Positions 27,357 to 40,638 of a stretch of DNA of 62,845 bases are shown here, in pieces. The notes under the pieces are model-generated. The model was not told the origin of the DNA. It ran no database searches and saw only the letters and a list, made by a program, of their open reading frames with translations. Both the position numbers and the translations under genes were made by a program. This stretch comes from Parasitella parasitica NRRL 2501 (Eukaryota; Fungi; Mucoromycota), in the NCBI GenBank assembly GCA_025201805.1, contig MU619254.1:88014-150858 (forward strand), read 5' to 3'. Numbering within the stretch: the first letter of the stretch is position 1; each line of letters begins with the position of its first letter.

Positions 27357-29008
27357 TTATTTGTTGTTGTTGTTGCTGCTATTGCTATTGCCGCCAACAC
27401 CCTACGGATAAAGAGTTAGTTAAAGAACATTAAACAAGTACGAGGATTTAACTTACAGGATGTCCAAAGCCGAACCACCAGACAAGGATAGCAATAACTA
27501 CAGCGAGGATGATGGCAATGAAGAAACAGCACCATTTTTTCTACAGGCACAAAAAGAGAGCGAGATTTAATGCGTTGTCTTTCGACTTTTGATGGCAAAA
27601 ACTTACTGCACGTGTGGATCTAGCAAGAATGATTGCTCTGTCAACGTGTTTTACACCTTGTTCGACGTCGGCGTGGGTGTTCTCGGCATTGTTTTCGACT
27701 TGATCAAGAACTTGTCCCTGTTCTTCCACCATCATTTGCATGTCTTCAAACAACTGAGCAAGTTCCTATTCGAAAAGAAACCCCAGTTGGATTATGCTAG
27801 ATAAATTGGTTTACTGCCCTTCTCTTACCAAAATAGTCTTTTGGATGCGTTTAATGTCATCATGTCTTGTCTGGACTTCGGATAACACAGCCTTTGCTTG
27901 ACCTGATCTACTGTTTTGCATCAACTACAGCAGAATGCAAAGAGTTAGTATCAATAATGCGGTCCAATGGATGCAAGTATACATTACACTTTGTGCAAAT
28001 ATTTGATTTTGTTGATCTGAATCAATAATATCATCTACTTCTTCAGCAGTAACATCTTGGTTGACTACTTTACGGGTTAGTTTTATGGATCAACGGTATG
28101 GCAGTGTTTACGCACCAATTCTGATTTGTCTTTCAACACGCTGTCTATATTTTTGGTTAAATGTGCCCTCCACATCTTTGTATCTTTGAATACTAGTGAT
28201 GAATTCCTTCTTGACTCTAGACACCTATAACACACAGTGTCAATAAAAAAAAAAAAAAAAAAAAAAAAAACAATCATAGCTTTTGTACTTGATTTACCTG
28301 AGCCCTTCGAATATTCAAATCAGAATTTTTGGGGTGTCTTGCATTACTAGACTCAAGAGCCTTAATTCTATTTTTAATGTTGTTGTTCATGCTTGAGGTG
28401 TCTTGGACAAATTGAGAGAGCTGCTTCGAATTCTGCTTCCATTGCTGCTCGTTGATGCTAACAAGCGATGAATCATGTAGTTCACTGATTAGGTCGATGT
28501 TACGATTGACATTTTTGATTGAAGATGAAATATCATCTACCTATTTTCTACACTCAACTTTGTGTTCCCCTAATTTCTCCTTTTTTTTTTTTTTTTTTTT
28601 TTTTGGGATGTAATCCCCTTACCTCTGCTAAGAAACCCTCCATCGTTGAAATATCGGTTTGAGCTGCAGATGCAACATCAGTTTGAGTATGATGTCTTTC
28701 CTCCATTTCGTAAGTTGAAGTTCTGGATTCATTAGTCGTAGTGGTTTGTTCATATCTTTGATTACTACTGTTGCCAGGTGTGCGTGCTGGTCCAAAGGCA
28801 TCAGTGCTATATATTAGTAACATAAACGAGTTAATTTTAAAGCTGTATTACAAAGACAGCAATGGCTACTACTTTACCTATCTGAACCGCCCTAAAAAAT
28901 TCGCACATTTAGAAATGTTAATAATATAGCACTCGTACTCAAATAGTGCATTCTTACACGAAGGTCGGCCATACGGTCTCTACTGATAGTATATCTAGTG
29001 TTACTCAT
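27357..29008 (-). CDS. Plasma-membrane syntaxin (Sso1/2-like Qa-SNARE), multi-exon
   Basis: MSNTRYTISRDRMADLR; SNARE motif VQTRHDDIKRIQKTI..ELAQLFEDMQMMVEEQ; C-terminal KKWCCFF followed by a TM segment. Confidence 0.92.
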
Positions 29009-29984
29009 GATTTTAAAAGCAATGAAAAGAAGGAAATAAGGTACAAAGAAAAGAGAAAAAGAGAGGCAGCTGAAAAAGGAGTGGATATGATAGTTATAAA
29101 AATAAAGTGTGAAAGAGGGGTGAGCAAAGCTACTTTACTGTGGTAGAAGCATTTGTTTCCTTGGTAACACCTTGGCACAAAGATAATCTACTTGATCTTT
29201 TTTCAAGACGATCTTTCCGTTAGCTTTAATTCTTCTTGATATTTAAAATCGAATGCTGATATCATCTTGATTTTTTTCTAGCCAAGTTGAACATGTTTTA
29301 GAAATTCTTATCCTGTAATCCAACACACTATTATTACACATAGAAGAGTAAATATATTTCGTACAACCTCAAAATTTGATGAGGATTCTACAACATTTTC
29401 TCTGTTGTGCATTTGTAAAGGCACAACAATTCTTTTTCTTTGATGAACTTTATTTTATACAGGTTATAAACAGACAAATGTTGGTTGTAGATCACTTTGA
29501 TGATTTTGCTTTGACGAATAGCTGCAGTAGTTGACAAAATGTTTTTTTGTGTCACATGTAATAAACTTGTCTTGGTGTTTAGACAGATCCAAAACTTTTT
29601 ATGTCCAAGTACTCTCGCGTATAAATTATATACGACTTGATTCCCACAATGTATTTGATCAAGATCATCTTTACTGCATATTCATCACGCTGTTGCTGCA
29701 AATGTTGCTGATTTCGTCACTAGGTCGACAAACATCTTTGTGTCGGATGCCACATCACATTATTACTGTCGCGCTTATAACCGTCTGGTCAAAATAAATA
29801 TCATTAATCATTTATAGGATCAATTTCAGAATACCGTAAGCTTACTTGTAAAATCTAGTCTGCAACACTAAAGAGATCTTTCATACCGTCTTTTATCACA
29901 TTATTTTATTAGGTGTTGCTCATAACCAATGTAAGCAATCGATTATTAGCTAAAGAGGGTATATATGTGATCATTTAATATACT

Positions 29985-30869
29985 TTATAAACGAGTAGAA
30001 AAGCTGGGTGTATCTAAAGTAGATGCTGTGAGCCCACCGATGATTGGCACCATTTGTACGCGCATCGATCTTTCCACTGGTGACATGTGTTGGTATTTTT
30101 GTTGCCACCAATCGCCAGTTTCTGCAACTGCATTTCTTTGTGAATTAGCTGGCAATCGTGAGCTTGTAGTAAACAATCTGCCGTCAATTTGCCTGCGAGT
30201 AGGCTTGTTATGAAGTGTGTCAAACACACGATGAATTATCTTTTTAGGTCGAGCTAAAAATTCAAAATGACACTCGAATCCTAAAGGTTCGACCCAGCGT
30301 TCGCCTGGCCTTTGCTTGGTTTCATCCTGTGGTGTTTTTGTAATCTTGTAGGCAATGAAGACTCGTTGCTGTCTAGAGTTGTGATGGTGCTTATGTATGC
30401 CAATGTCTTTTATATCCAGGGACAAGGATGATTTGAGAAGGTTATGTACCAACAATGCATCGTTAGCTTCAGCAAAATCAGGGCCAACCAGGCACGCCTT
30501 GTACAAGGTTGGCTTACGAAGTAGTCTAGAAGTATACATTCTCACGCTGACTGGTTTGACCGGAGTGAACGCTAGTCTTGAATCTGTAGTCTTTGTCAAC
30601 TTGAAATCCACAGTAAATCGCCAACGATTTTCTTGGTCAAAGCATAGTCTTAAGAGGCAGTTACTAGTGTCTAAAAGTTTCTCAGCAAGCACTTTTCTTG
30701 TAAGTATCCTCAATTTGTAGTTGAGGATCAAAGACATTGTTAAAAGATCTGGAATTGACAAATATTGAAGAATAGTAATGATAACTTCGTTTGGAAATTG
30801 AGATAAAGTTTTTTCCCCGCAACATTGTTTTAATGCTTGATTTTTTTGACTGAATTTAGCAATACGCAT
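29985..30869 (-). CDS. F-box domain protein, uncharacterised C-terminus
   Basis: Intronless ORF with LSQFPNEVIITILQYLSIPDLLTMSL, an F-box-like motif. First ATG is at 30869. Confidence 0.7.
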   Translation of the reverse strand: MRIAKFSQKNQALKQCCGEKTLSQFPNEVIITILQYLSIPDLLTMSLILNYKLRILTRKVLAEKLLDTSNCLLRLCFDQENRWRFTVDFKLTKTTDSRLAFTPVKPVSVRMYTSRLLRKPTLYKACLVGPDFAEANDALLVHNLLKSSLSLDIKDIGIHKHHHNSRQQRVFIAYKITKTPQDETKQRPGERWVEPLGFECHFEFLARPKKIIHRVFDTLHNKPTRRQIDGRLFTTSSRLPANSQRNAVAETGDWWQQKYQHMSPVERSMRVQMVPIIGGLTASTLDTPSFSTRL

Positions 30870-31396
30870 GTTTCTTGGTATATGAGCAGAGAGATTAGAT
30901 AGAGAATTGTTTTGATGATAATGCAATAAAAGGAGAAAGGGGCATTTGTTTTTTTTATCGCTTGTTTTATCGTATTCAATTGGTTCAAAGAATCATCAAA
31001 TTTGATTTTAACAGCCAATACAATCTTCCATGCATCATTAGACGAACACACGTTACACATCTCATAAATCGCTCCAACTTTGTATTCGATACTGACTCAT
31101 GTAGGGAAAGAGTCATGAGATTATTGCTCCACATCATGAAAAGTTGTAACCATTATCATCTGTGAATTTCAAATTACACAGTTTCTGTAGCTGTGTCATA
31201 CAAGAGCTATAACGGGATGATAGCTCCAATGGCTCTGGATTGCTTGGCAATTGCAAAAATATCTCCAGGACTTTTATAGCTGTTTTTTTCAGCATCATCT
31301 ATCTTTGCATGTTAAAGTTCTGGAAACGCTAATGCAATTGGCGATAGCCTTAAATGCAATTATAAGCAACGATATACCTTCAAGGTCATTTTCTCA

Positions 31397-31406
31397 NNNN
31401 NNNNNN
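31397..31406. other. Assembly gap (10 N) adjoining a poly-A tract
   Basis: N run in the sequence. Confidence 1.
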
Positions 31407-31877
31407 AAAAAAAAAAAAAAAAAAAAAAGCTTCATGTACGATGGTTTTTATTCCAAACTATTCCATCATTACGTTCACTATTTTTGATTTTTTTTATCTA
31501 GTGTTGAACTGCACCATTTTCGATACATACAACAACGTCATGATCAACATTCACTGAACAGATTACGTAAAGAAAAACTTTAAAAAATGAGCGAGATTTG
31601 TGTATTGTTACATTCAGTTGAATCCTATTCAACAAAATGTGCTTGTGGCTAGCATGACGTAAATACCACTCTTCGTTTGTGAGCATAAGGTATACGGAAA
31701 GAGTCATACAACAAGACCCGAAAGACAGCTTGACCCAAGACCTATAAATACAGTAGAAAATTATGCAGCGATTTCTACTTTCATCCCAATTTTATAACGG
31801 AAACTAATCTATAACGTAAGTTCATCAAAGCAAGACAGCTAAAATAGTCATTGATTGCTGTACAACTGCTCCATAGA

Positions 31878-32249
31878 ATGTCTGATAACAATTTTGATGT
31901 CAATGGTGCTGCTACCAACTTTTCCAAGACCTGCAGCTACAGTGAACTTGGCAACAAGAAAGGTGAATACAAGTATAACTTTGCCTGTATTCCTTCCAAT
32001 GCTACAAATACCAACGACGCCCAATGTATTCGCTTTGCTCCTGAAAAAATGCCTGATACTTTTAATTGTGATTACTTTTTTGGCGGACAATGGCGCAATG
32101 TTACCGAGCATGAGGGATTAACGTGTGTCGGTAACTGTCAAGGTCCTCCTGAAGCCAAGACAGTAGGTGCTGCTGCTACTGCCTACCCCAGCTTTGCTCT
32201 CATGTTTACTGCTTTGTTTATGGTTTTCATGTTTTTTAAACGTAATTAA
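31878..32249 (+). CDS. Small 6-Cys protein with C-terminal hydrophobic (GPI-signal or tail-anchor-like) segment
   Basis: TATAAATA at 31743, 5'-UTR intron 31816-31876, 123-aa ORF with N-glycosylation sequons (NFS, NAT, NVT) and a C-terminal AAATAYPSFALMFTALFMVFMFF. Confidence 0.7.
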   Translation: MSDNNFDVNGAATNFSKTCSYSELGNKKGEYKYNFACIPSNATNTNDAQCIRFAPEKMPDTFNCDYFFGGQWRNVTEHEGLTCVGNCQGPPEAKTVGAAATAYPSFALMFTALFMVFMFFKRN

Positions 32250-32501
32250 GCTATATTTTATATACCTACACTACAGAGAATTGTAAAACCTCTCTTCTAC
32301 TAGTGATTTACCACGTCAAATTTACTGTTTCCTTAATGTAAATAAACCATCCAGCTACATAATCATATGTGTACAAGAAACCTCGAGCTAATTTGATTGG
32401 ACAAACATTTCCCATTAAAGAGGAGCGAGAGCACTCCCAAAATGCTCTCATATGTTACTTTTTTTTCTCTTCTCTCTCTCTCTTCTAAACTTGTTGATAA
32501 T

Positions 32502-32985
32502 ATGGAGGAGGACAAGGTGCTAGAGAAACTAATTGATAAATACAAGGAGAAGGATCCATCTAAAGGTTTGCCCGTATTTTGGGATGCGATTTCAGGAAGA
32601 CTGAAGTTTCGCTATAGTTGTAATCGTCTTTCAAGCAATCGGCAACGCTCCCATCTTGAAGCAAAAAGTATTCAAATTAGCAGCATCGAATAAATTCCAA
32701 ACAGTGATACAATTTCTTCGTAAAGAGCTTCGATACCAAGGGCCAGATCCTCTGGTAAGTTGTCCCTTACAGATAAATGACTGGTTGCATAATTCTTTGT
32801 TATAGTTTCTGTATATTAATAGTGCATTTTCTCCTTCGCCTGACGAAACTATATCCAATCTTCACAAGGTAAACGCATGAACGGATCAAGGAAACGTATG
32901 TTTGATATGCTGAAATTATTTCCAGTGCTTTAATACAGATGGCCATTTAATAGTCAACTATTGCACAACTGCAGCATGGGGATAA
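32502..32985 (+). CDS. ATG12: Ubiquitin-like autophagy protein Atg12 (4 exons; not captured intact by the ORF track)
   Basis: Spliced: KVVIVFQAIGNAPILKQKVFKL...[40 protein letters not shown]. Confidence 0.95.
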
Positions 32986-33166
32986 AAAGAAGGAGGAAGC
33001 GCAACAGGTTTATTTGATGATATTATGATTAAAGTAGTAAAAAAGAATGTACAAAAAAGCAAAATGAAAAAAAAAAAGGGACAAGATATACATGATTGTT
33101 GATTCTACAAACAATGGCAAGGAGGGGAGGGTCTATATTAAACTAAAATAAAATAAAATAAAAAGA

Positions 33167-34417
33167 TCAAGTCGAAGATGGCAACGGTGGTAATGGCTGT
33201 TTCGGCGGTGCTGTCAAAGGAGGGGTTCCTCTGCCAGACGACGATGTTATAGTAGATGTAAACGAGGCTGGCCGGTTTTTTATCACATTTGTCAAGAGAT
33301 CAATCGATGATCTCCTTAAGACTGAGTTTCGCTGGTTGCTGTTCAATCGTCGCAGTAAGTCTTCTCTTTCGTTTAATAGCTGCGTAAGCAATTCACGCTT
33401 ATTGTCCAACTCGATCCGTTGTACTTCTACTTGTTCTTTGAGCAGTTCATCTGAAGTCGCTTTTATCTTGGCCTCGAGCTTTGTTATTAACTCGTCCTGC
33501 TTCCTGACTACCTGCTTCAGTGCCTTGGTCTCTAATCGCTGTGTTTCCAAGTCGGCAACGTATTTCATCAACGTCATTTGAGCGCCTCTGTCGCAATCAA
33601 TCAGCTTGTCATTAAGGATTTCAATTTCTTCCTGCTGTGATTGTATTTGACTTGCGCTTTTTTCGTCGAATAGCTGCATCTCGTCCCCCTTGTCTTGACC
33701 ATCAGACATCTCTTCGTATACGTTCAGCAGGTCATTCATGTAAGCATCGTTATTTTGGTTTTGAAGCTTCTGCTCGTCTTCAATCACGATGTCTTGTTGA
33801 TCAATTTGACTAAATGCAGGAGATAATGGACTCGATATCGGCACGTTTTGTTTCTGTTCGTCCAGCTCTTTTTCAAAAAGGTCTCTCTCTTCAGACACCT
33901 GCTCAAGCTTCAGGGCCAGGTATTCTACTCGAATCTCGTAATCTCGCACTTTAGTCGCATCCGACGAGAATTTCTCTACGTCTTGTTTTAATGTTTTTAT
34001 GTATTCTTCTGCAGCTAAATTTTGATCAATTAACGACTGGAAAAGATCTACAAGTTCAGATGCAATTGAATCAAATTTAAACAAAGAATTTGCATCTCTG
34101 GGGATTTGTGCTACATTGACTTTGTTGCGCTGCTGTGATGAAGGCGATTCTGGGGGGGATGTCAATTTATTTGCTGTTTGGGATGGCGTTGATGGCGGCG
34201 ATGGCTGCTCAAACCGCTGCATCATGGAAGCAATTCCGCTTGTTGTAGCTGAATTTCGATTACTGCTCTGGAGGATGGTGGTTGTAGGCGAAGCTGCCGG
34301 TGATGGCGGTAACACCTTTTCATCTGTCATTATAATTTTTCTCTTTGGCACTGGTGCTTTTGGTGTATTAACTGGCTGCGATTTGTTTAGACGAGCTACT
34401 ACGTCCTGGACACCCAT
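33167..34417 (-). CDS. Hypothetical coiled-coil protein with Pro-rich termini
   Basis: 416-aa intronless ORF with heptad-rich segments and a C-terminal PPLTAPPKQPLPPLP (SH3-ligand-like). Confidence 0.8.
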   Translation of the reverse strand: MGVQDVVARLNKSQPVNTPKAPVPKRKIIMTDEKVLPPSPAASPTTTILQSSNRNSATTSGIASMMQRFEQPSPPSTPSQTANKLTSPPESPSSQQRNKVNVAQIPRDANSLFKFDSIASELVDLFQSLIDQNLAAEEYIKTLKQDVEKFSSDATKVRDYEIRVEYLALKLEQVSEERDLFEKELDEQKQNVPISSPLSPAFSQIDQQDIVIEDEQKLQNQNNDAYMNDLLNVYEEMSDGQDKGDEMQLFDEKSASQIQSQQEEIEILNDKLIDCDRGAQMTLMKYVADLETQRLETKALKQVVRKQDELITKLEAKIKATSDELLKEQVEVQRIELDNKRELLTQLLNEREDLLRRLNSNQRNSVLRRSSIDLLTNVIKNRPASFTSTITSSSGRGTPPLTAPPKQPLPPLPSST

Positions 34418-34803
34418 TATTAGAAACTTATTGTATTATGTAAAAGAGAGGAAAAGAAACGAAGAAGAAAAAAATGGAAAGGAGAGCAAATTAAATGTAT
34501 CGTTACTTTATAGCTGTAAGCCAATGAGTTATGAAAATTTCATTCAAGCTCGTGCATTTGGCCAAGTGCCTTGTCTTAAAGAGGTAATATCAAGCATGGT
34601 TTTGTGTACCTAAAATTTACTAAAATGATTAGATTTGATGTGCAAAAAGCACTATTGTACTGCCTCCGCTTGTCAGCCATTGTAACCCTTGAAAGGTATA
34701 TAGACTTGACGTGAGCATTATTGTACAAACCTGTTTGCACTAATAAAAGAGATGAACATCTATTCGACGTGAATTTAATAAATGCTAATAATACATGGTT
34801 TAT

Positions 34804-37800
34804 TTAATAAAACACATTGGAAAATCTTCTATGTACATTATAATGGTTATTCTGTTGCATCTGTTGTTGGTACGAATACATTGACATGGGGGGATGGCTT
34901 TGTAGTACGTTGATCGACTGCGGCCGTGGCGGGTGGGGCGGCATCAAATGATAATTACTGTTACGATATAGCTGCTGTTGTTGATGATGAAGAACCAACG
35001 GAGCTATATTATAGTATACAGGCTGTTGATAAATGGGTGGGTAAATGGGTGAAGGATTCATAGGATGCGTGGGGGAAGGTGTATTATGCGGCGAAACTGT
35101 GGATGCCCTTTTTGCGACCTGAGGCTGCGAAGGAGTGGCAAGGTTTCTCTTGGACTTTTGAGGTCTACTTTCTGGTGATTTTAGTCTCTCCTGTTCCCAT
35201 ACATGCCACAGCTTCATTTTTACAGTGGGAACGACAGTAAAGGTCGGATTCTTTTCATCCTGTATATTCTTTGTTCCGTTTCCTTCATTAACTTTTCTTG
35301 TTTCTCCCCAGCTAAAATCATCGAAATGCCAAAAAGAATAAATAGGCAACACAAAGTTCCAAATAGGCAATGCCACGACGTAGACTGCATGTCAAACAAA
35401 AGTGTTAATAAACATGCATCAAAAGTAAAAAGAATAGAGAAACTTCAACTTACTAGCCATCCATCCAATATAGGATACTTTTTTTGCAGTAAATAGTATA
35501 AGCAGGGCAGGCAAACCAAGTGTAGCAAGCAAAATGAACAATGGCTGATATTGGGGTGAGTCGGTGAAGCCCAGGTTGATAAAAAACCCAAGTAAAAGCA
35601 AGATAGCAGCCGGTAAAACAATAGAGCTGATCAGATCAATAACGACTACAAATTGCATAGATAAACATGCAATACCGCACAGATCAGAAACTAATGCCAG
35701 CTCCAATAGGTTGTGCACTGTTGAGTTGATCCATCTTCTTCGCTGGGATAACAGTACCCTGAATGAACTTGGGACAATGGTGCGACACTTTGCCTGCGGC
35801 ACAAATATCATCTGGCGCCTTGGAAACACGCGAAGCATCAGTGTGGATAAAAATCGATCTTCGCCCAGCAGTAGCAGATTTTTTGCATGTAATGTGTTTA
35901 CCGTAGTTACGTTAAACTCTTGAATGATATCCGGATTCGCTAATATAGGGATCCAACCACCGTTTTTAGGCGCCTTGATGCGGTACATGGAGAAGCAACC
36001 TGGCAAACAAGTAACACCGCCAAACATCGATTCAAATGCTTTTGCGTAGTGATGCGAAATAAAATATTCAAAGACCTGAATAGCTGTTACCCAAGATTCA
36101 GTCTTGTTGGCCACCTTTGTCTCTCCACATAGACCCATGAGCGTGATATCGTTATTCATAGCAGCTACCATGTGTTTAATGGAATCGGAGGCAACTCGCG
36201 TGTCTGCATCCACCATTAGCACAAGTTCGAATTTGTCTGGTGAATGTCCTTCTTTCATCAGCTTCTTCATTTTCCAGAATATCTCGTAGTCCAGAGGTGA
36301 GAATGTGTCATAAAAGATAACCTTTTGGAAGAATGTCATTAGAATCATTTGGGAATCTCTTTTTCCTCGGTTGCCTGGCTTGTTGTTGTTGGGATTAGCT
36401 TCAGCTTCAGTGCCACATTTCACTACCAAGATAGCTGGAATGGATTTGTAATGCCCTGCGTATACTCTGGCTCGGTTGATGCGTTTAGCACCGTCTGCAA
36501 TGGCTTCATATTCAAAAGCTGGCTCCTCTTGGTCATGTTCACAGTCTACTAGTGTCAGGAGATCACGACAAATCTCTGAAGTGGGCCTGCTATTTCCTGA
36601 TCCTGTAATGACTCCATCTGCAACAATGAACAGCATTTTATGATTTGCAGAGTAGGTGGTTGCTGCTAGCGAATCCAAGGTGCTTTGGATCGACTCTTTT
36701 CCTTCCGAATAGCATGTAACAAACAAGATGGTATGACGAGGGTCGTTTTCGACTATGTCTGATTGTTCAGCAACACGAGGATATTCTTTCAGAGCGATGG
36801 TCGGCTCGACTAGTGTTTCTTGTGACGCAGAAGTTAAAGGTCTATGATCCTTGGGAACCTGATTTCCTCCGGCGATTGATCTCCACGCCAATATTCCTTG
36901 AGAGCGCCCTCCGGGCAAAGTTAAGCGACGACTCACCAACCAGTGGAATGCCATAGCCATGACATAGCGAGCGAGCATGAGAATTACAATCATGGCTAAA
37001 AAGAAATCAGTAACGATTTCGTATGCAATACAACCCATAGTATCACTGGAGATTACACCGGCTGCGTAAATACGTGAAATGCATGGCCAAGCTGATTTAG
37101 CATCGCTCCATGAAGAGAATATATAGGTGGCATCTTGTCCAGCAGTCTGCCGTAAGAGCATGTCTACATTTTCCCCAAAGATTGCCTGATTTGCTATGAA
37201 ATAGGATTGAAGATCAACGACTGTGTCACTCAGGACCATGAGATAAGGCTGGTTAGGCAAAACGGGCTTTTTCAATTGCGACTTCAAGTCGTCCCAGCTG
37301 AATTCTATAAAACTATCAGCATCGAACCATGATGTTAGCTCTTGAATAGGGATACACGCATGATTTATGGCCTCTGAAGGTTCTGGTTTGAGCGGATTCA
37401 TGACAGTACAAACCCCAGTAGTAGGCGTCATATAGGAGCTACACAATCTATCAGGATCTGCATCGAACAGTGGACTAAGATTGGCACCTTCAAAGTCTTT
37501 TGACAGAGTTATGTTGTATCTTGTGCTCAGGAATGCGTTCATCGTTTCAAAGGGATACAGCCTTCCATAGACATTGAAGTTTGATCTCCATGTAAGCTCT
37601 GTTTGGCCTGTCTCTTGGTTATAGTACGAGTAAGTATTTGTTTCTCTCTCATGAGGGCAGAGAGCAAAACGCATTCCAAAGGTTAGGAAGCCCAAGCATA
37701 TACATAGCAAAATGATAACACTACATAGCGCAATCTATATAGTTGACATTGCCTTGTTAATATTTGCTAACGCTACAATGGTAAAAAAAAATTACAATAC

Positions 37801-38166
37801 CTTTTCCCTCCAAGCTTGCTGAATCAGCTTTGTCTTTTTTCCACCCAAAGTAGACAACATCCAATTGGGGATGCAACAGGTCAAAACGAAAGCATACCCA
37901 GACCACCAAGTCCACGGGATCGAATCCTGATCTGAATTAGCTATCAATGTTGGTCTGGTCGAGCGTAATGGCACTGCTAGCTTTATTTCATCATTTTCAA
38001 CAACAGGTTGTGGCGAGTAGAAGCTGTCTTTCAGAGTTCCATCTTTTACAATGGATGATTTTGGTTTGTATCTGTCTAATCTGCAGAGTGGCGACTGTGA
38101 TCTGCGTAGCGTCAATTGCTGTGTGGGGTAATGGTCGTTTACAAGGCTGTTCGGCGATCTGGCCAT
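34804..38166 (-). CDS. Chitin synthase (division 2, class IV-like)
   Basis: VTCYSEG, KPGNRGKRDSQ, LMVDADT, QVFEYFISHH, TCLPGCFSMYR, GEDRFLST, QRRRWINST, HFDDFSWGETR. Confidence 0.95.
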
Positions 38167-38417
38167 TCTATGATATAATACACAAGAGAGAGTGAGAGAG
38201 TGAGAGAGAGAAAGATATTTTGGACAAAACATCAAATTTTAAATTTTAATTAGAAAAGGACAACAATGCATCCAAATTAGGCTATTGTTGTTAACATTTG
38301 GTGCTACAGTTTAGAGGAGCAAATTTCTTTATTCTTTCTTTCACTGAAAATGAAATACGTTTGCAACAACAAGAAATTGCATGGTAGCCTCTTTTTTTCT
38401 TTGATGATACAACGTAT

Positions 38418-40638
38418 TTAAGGTGAATAAATAACGCGAAGAGTGTTGGTGTTTCCAAGACCTCCCTTCCAACCTTGGACAGCAACAACGGGCTGGCCAC
38501 TCTTGAGCAAACTAACAGGAACAGTCAGGCACACAATGAAATGTATTTATATAACTTATAAACCTACCCGTATTTAATTGCCTGTTCCATACCCCATTTG
38601 ATTCTGTCATCAACGTCTTCTTGCCAAGGAGCATTATCGGCAGGGCTCAAATGATCATGAGCAGACACGGATGCGGACAAACGGGCAGCAGCAGATGATG
38701 CCTTGGGATATTGGAATGGGAAACAGCCTCTGTAGAAATGGACTTGACGAGCAGTTTGAGGGTTTCGGGTAACAACAATGATAGGGGAATGAGGTCTGTA
38801 CTTTGAAATAAGGCGAGCAGAGTTACCAGACTGAGAGAGCACAATGATAGCACCACAACCTTGCTCGTGAGCAGCAGAAACTGCAGCGCAGGCAACAGTT
38901 TCTGTAGTCTATTTAAATAATTAGCATTAGACACAGCCATGTCAACAATAATGAATTACTTACTTCGGTTGGCAAAGGAGTCAGAGATCGAAGCTCGTTA
39001 AAGACAGCTGGGTAGCAGATGGATGCTTCGGCAAGGCGACAAATTTCGTGCATTGTACTGACGGCTTCAATGGGGTACTTGCCCTTTGCTGTCTCGCCTG
39101 AAAGCATAACACAGTCAGCACCGTCTAATACTGCATTGGCCACATCAGAGACTTCGGCACGAGTAGGTCTAGGATTGTACTACAAACAATAATATTAGGT
39201 CAATAAACAAAGTGTTTACAAGCCTGTGTATCAGATATCTTTACAGTCATTGATTCCAGCATTTGAGTAGCACTATCGTGAATAAACTGGTCAAAATGAA
39301 ATCCATTAACAAGAAATTTGTCATGCCACCTACCAAATAACAGGCTTACCAGCCAAGTTACATTTTGTAATCATCATCTTTTGAGCAATAAATACACGTT
39401 CAAGAGGGATTTCGATACCCATATCCTATTTACAAAAAGAAAGGTGTTGAATGATCCACCCATCCACCTATATAGATGCGCAACTTACACCACGGGCAAC
39501 CATAACACCATCGGTTTCTTGGAGGATATCATCGAAATTTTCAACACCTTGGTGATTTTCAATCTTTGAGATGATCTTGATATTCTTTCCCTCTTCACCC
39601 AAAACCTCGCGGATGTCCTTTACATCTTGACCACTACGAACAAACGAAGCGAAAACTACATCTACCTTTTGTTTGACACCGAATCTCAAATCATTCTTGT
39701 CCTTCTCAGAAAGAGCAGGTAAATCGACATTGGTGTTTGGTAAATTAACGCCCTTGTGGGAGCAGAGTCTACCGTTGTTCTTTGCAACAACACGGATCCC
39801 ATTTTCCAGGATTTCAGTCACCTCGAACGAAAGGACGCCATCATCAATGTAGACGGTTTTACCAACTTCAATAACCTTGGGTAAATTCTTGTAATCCAGG
39901 TACAAGATTTTATCGTCGCATTGCTCAGCGTATTGCTCATCCACGCTAAACGTCATCTCATGGCCAGCGCTGATAGGAATCTTTAACAGCAATAAGGTTT
40001 TGGTCAGATGATGCAGGTATAAATCAAGGGGGCTTATCTTGATTTAATCTTTCAACCCCACCGAAATACGTTACCTCAATATTGTCCTTCATATTACCAG
40101 TACGAATCTCGGGTCCCTTATTGTCGAGAGCAATAGCAACAGGGCGACCAGGATAAACTACTCGTACTTTTAGTACCAACCCTATCCAATCAGATCAAGT
40201 ACTTACGTTCTACACTTTTACGTGTATTATCAATAACTGATTGATGATACTATTACATTACGAAACAAATAAGGGAAAATAAAGTTTTTTTTTTTTTTTT
40301 TTTTTTAGGACCAATTGTAAAAATCCGCAGAATACCATGAAATGCAAATACGTACTTCGTGAGTTCCATGAGAAAAGTTCATACGAACCACGTTCAAACC
40401 AGCATTTCGAAGTTGAGTAATCATCTCGACACTGTTTGTATTGGGACCTGAATATTAACATGTCGAATTAAAACCCCTCCTTGTCTTCGCAATCGCTCCA
40501 CATCGGGTGAACGTGAATTAACTTACCAATGGTACCGATAAGGGTGGTCTTGCGACCAGCAGTAGGTTCAACGTCAACGTTCATTTGAGAAATCCATTGA
40601 ATATTGGATGTGATTTGGGGAGTGACGATGGGAGCCAT
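38418..40638 (-). CDS. PYK1: Pyruvate kinase, multi-exon
   Basis: [58 protein letters not shown]-terminal GNTNTLRV. Confidence 0.97.

Noticed and set aside
28245-28270. Long poly-A/T tracts here and elsewhere as retroelement tails
   Set aside because: They occur throughout introns and spacers without target-site duplications; likely homopolymer expansions, and two adjoin assembly gaps.
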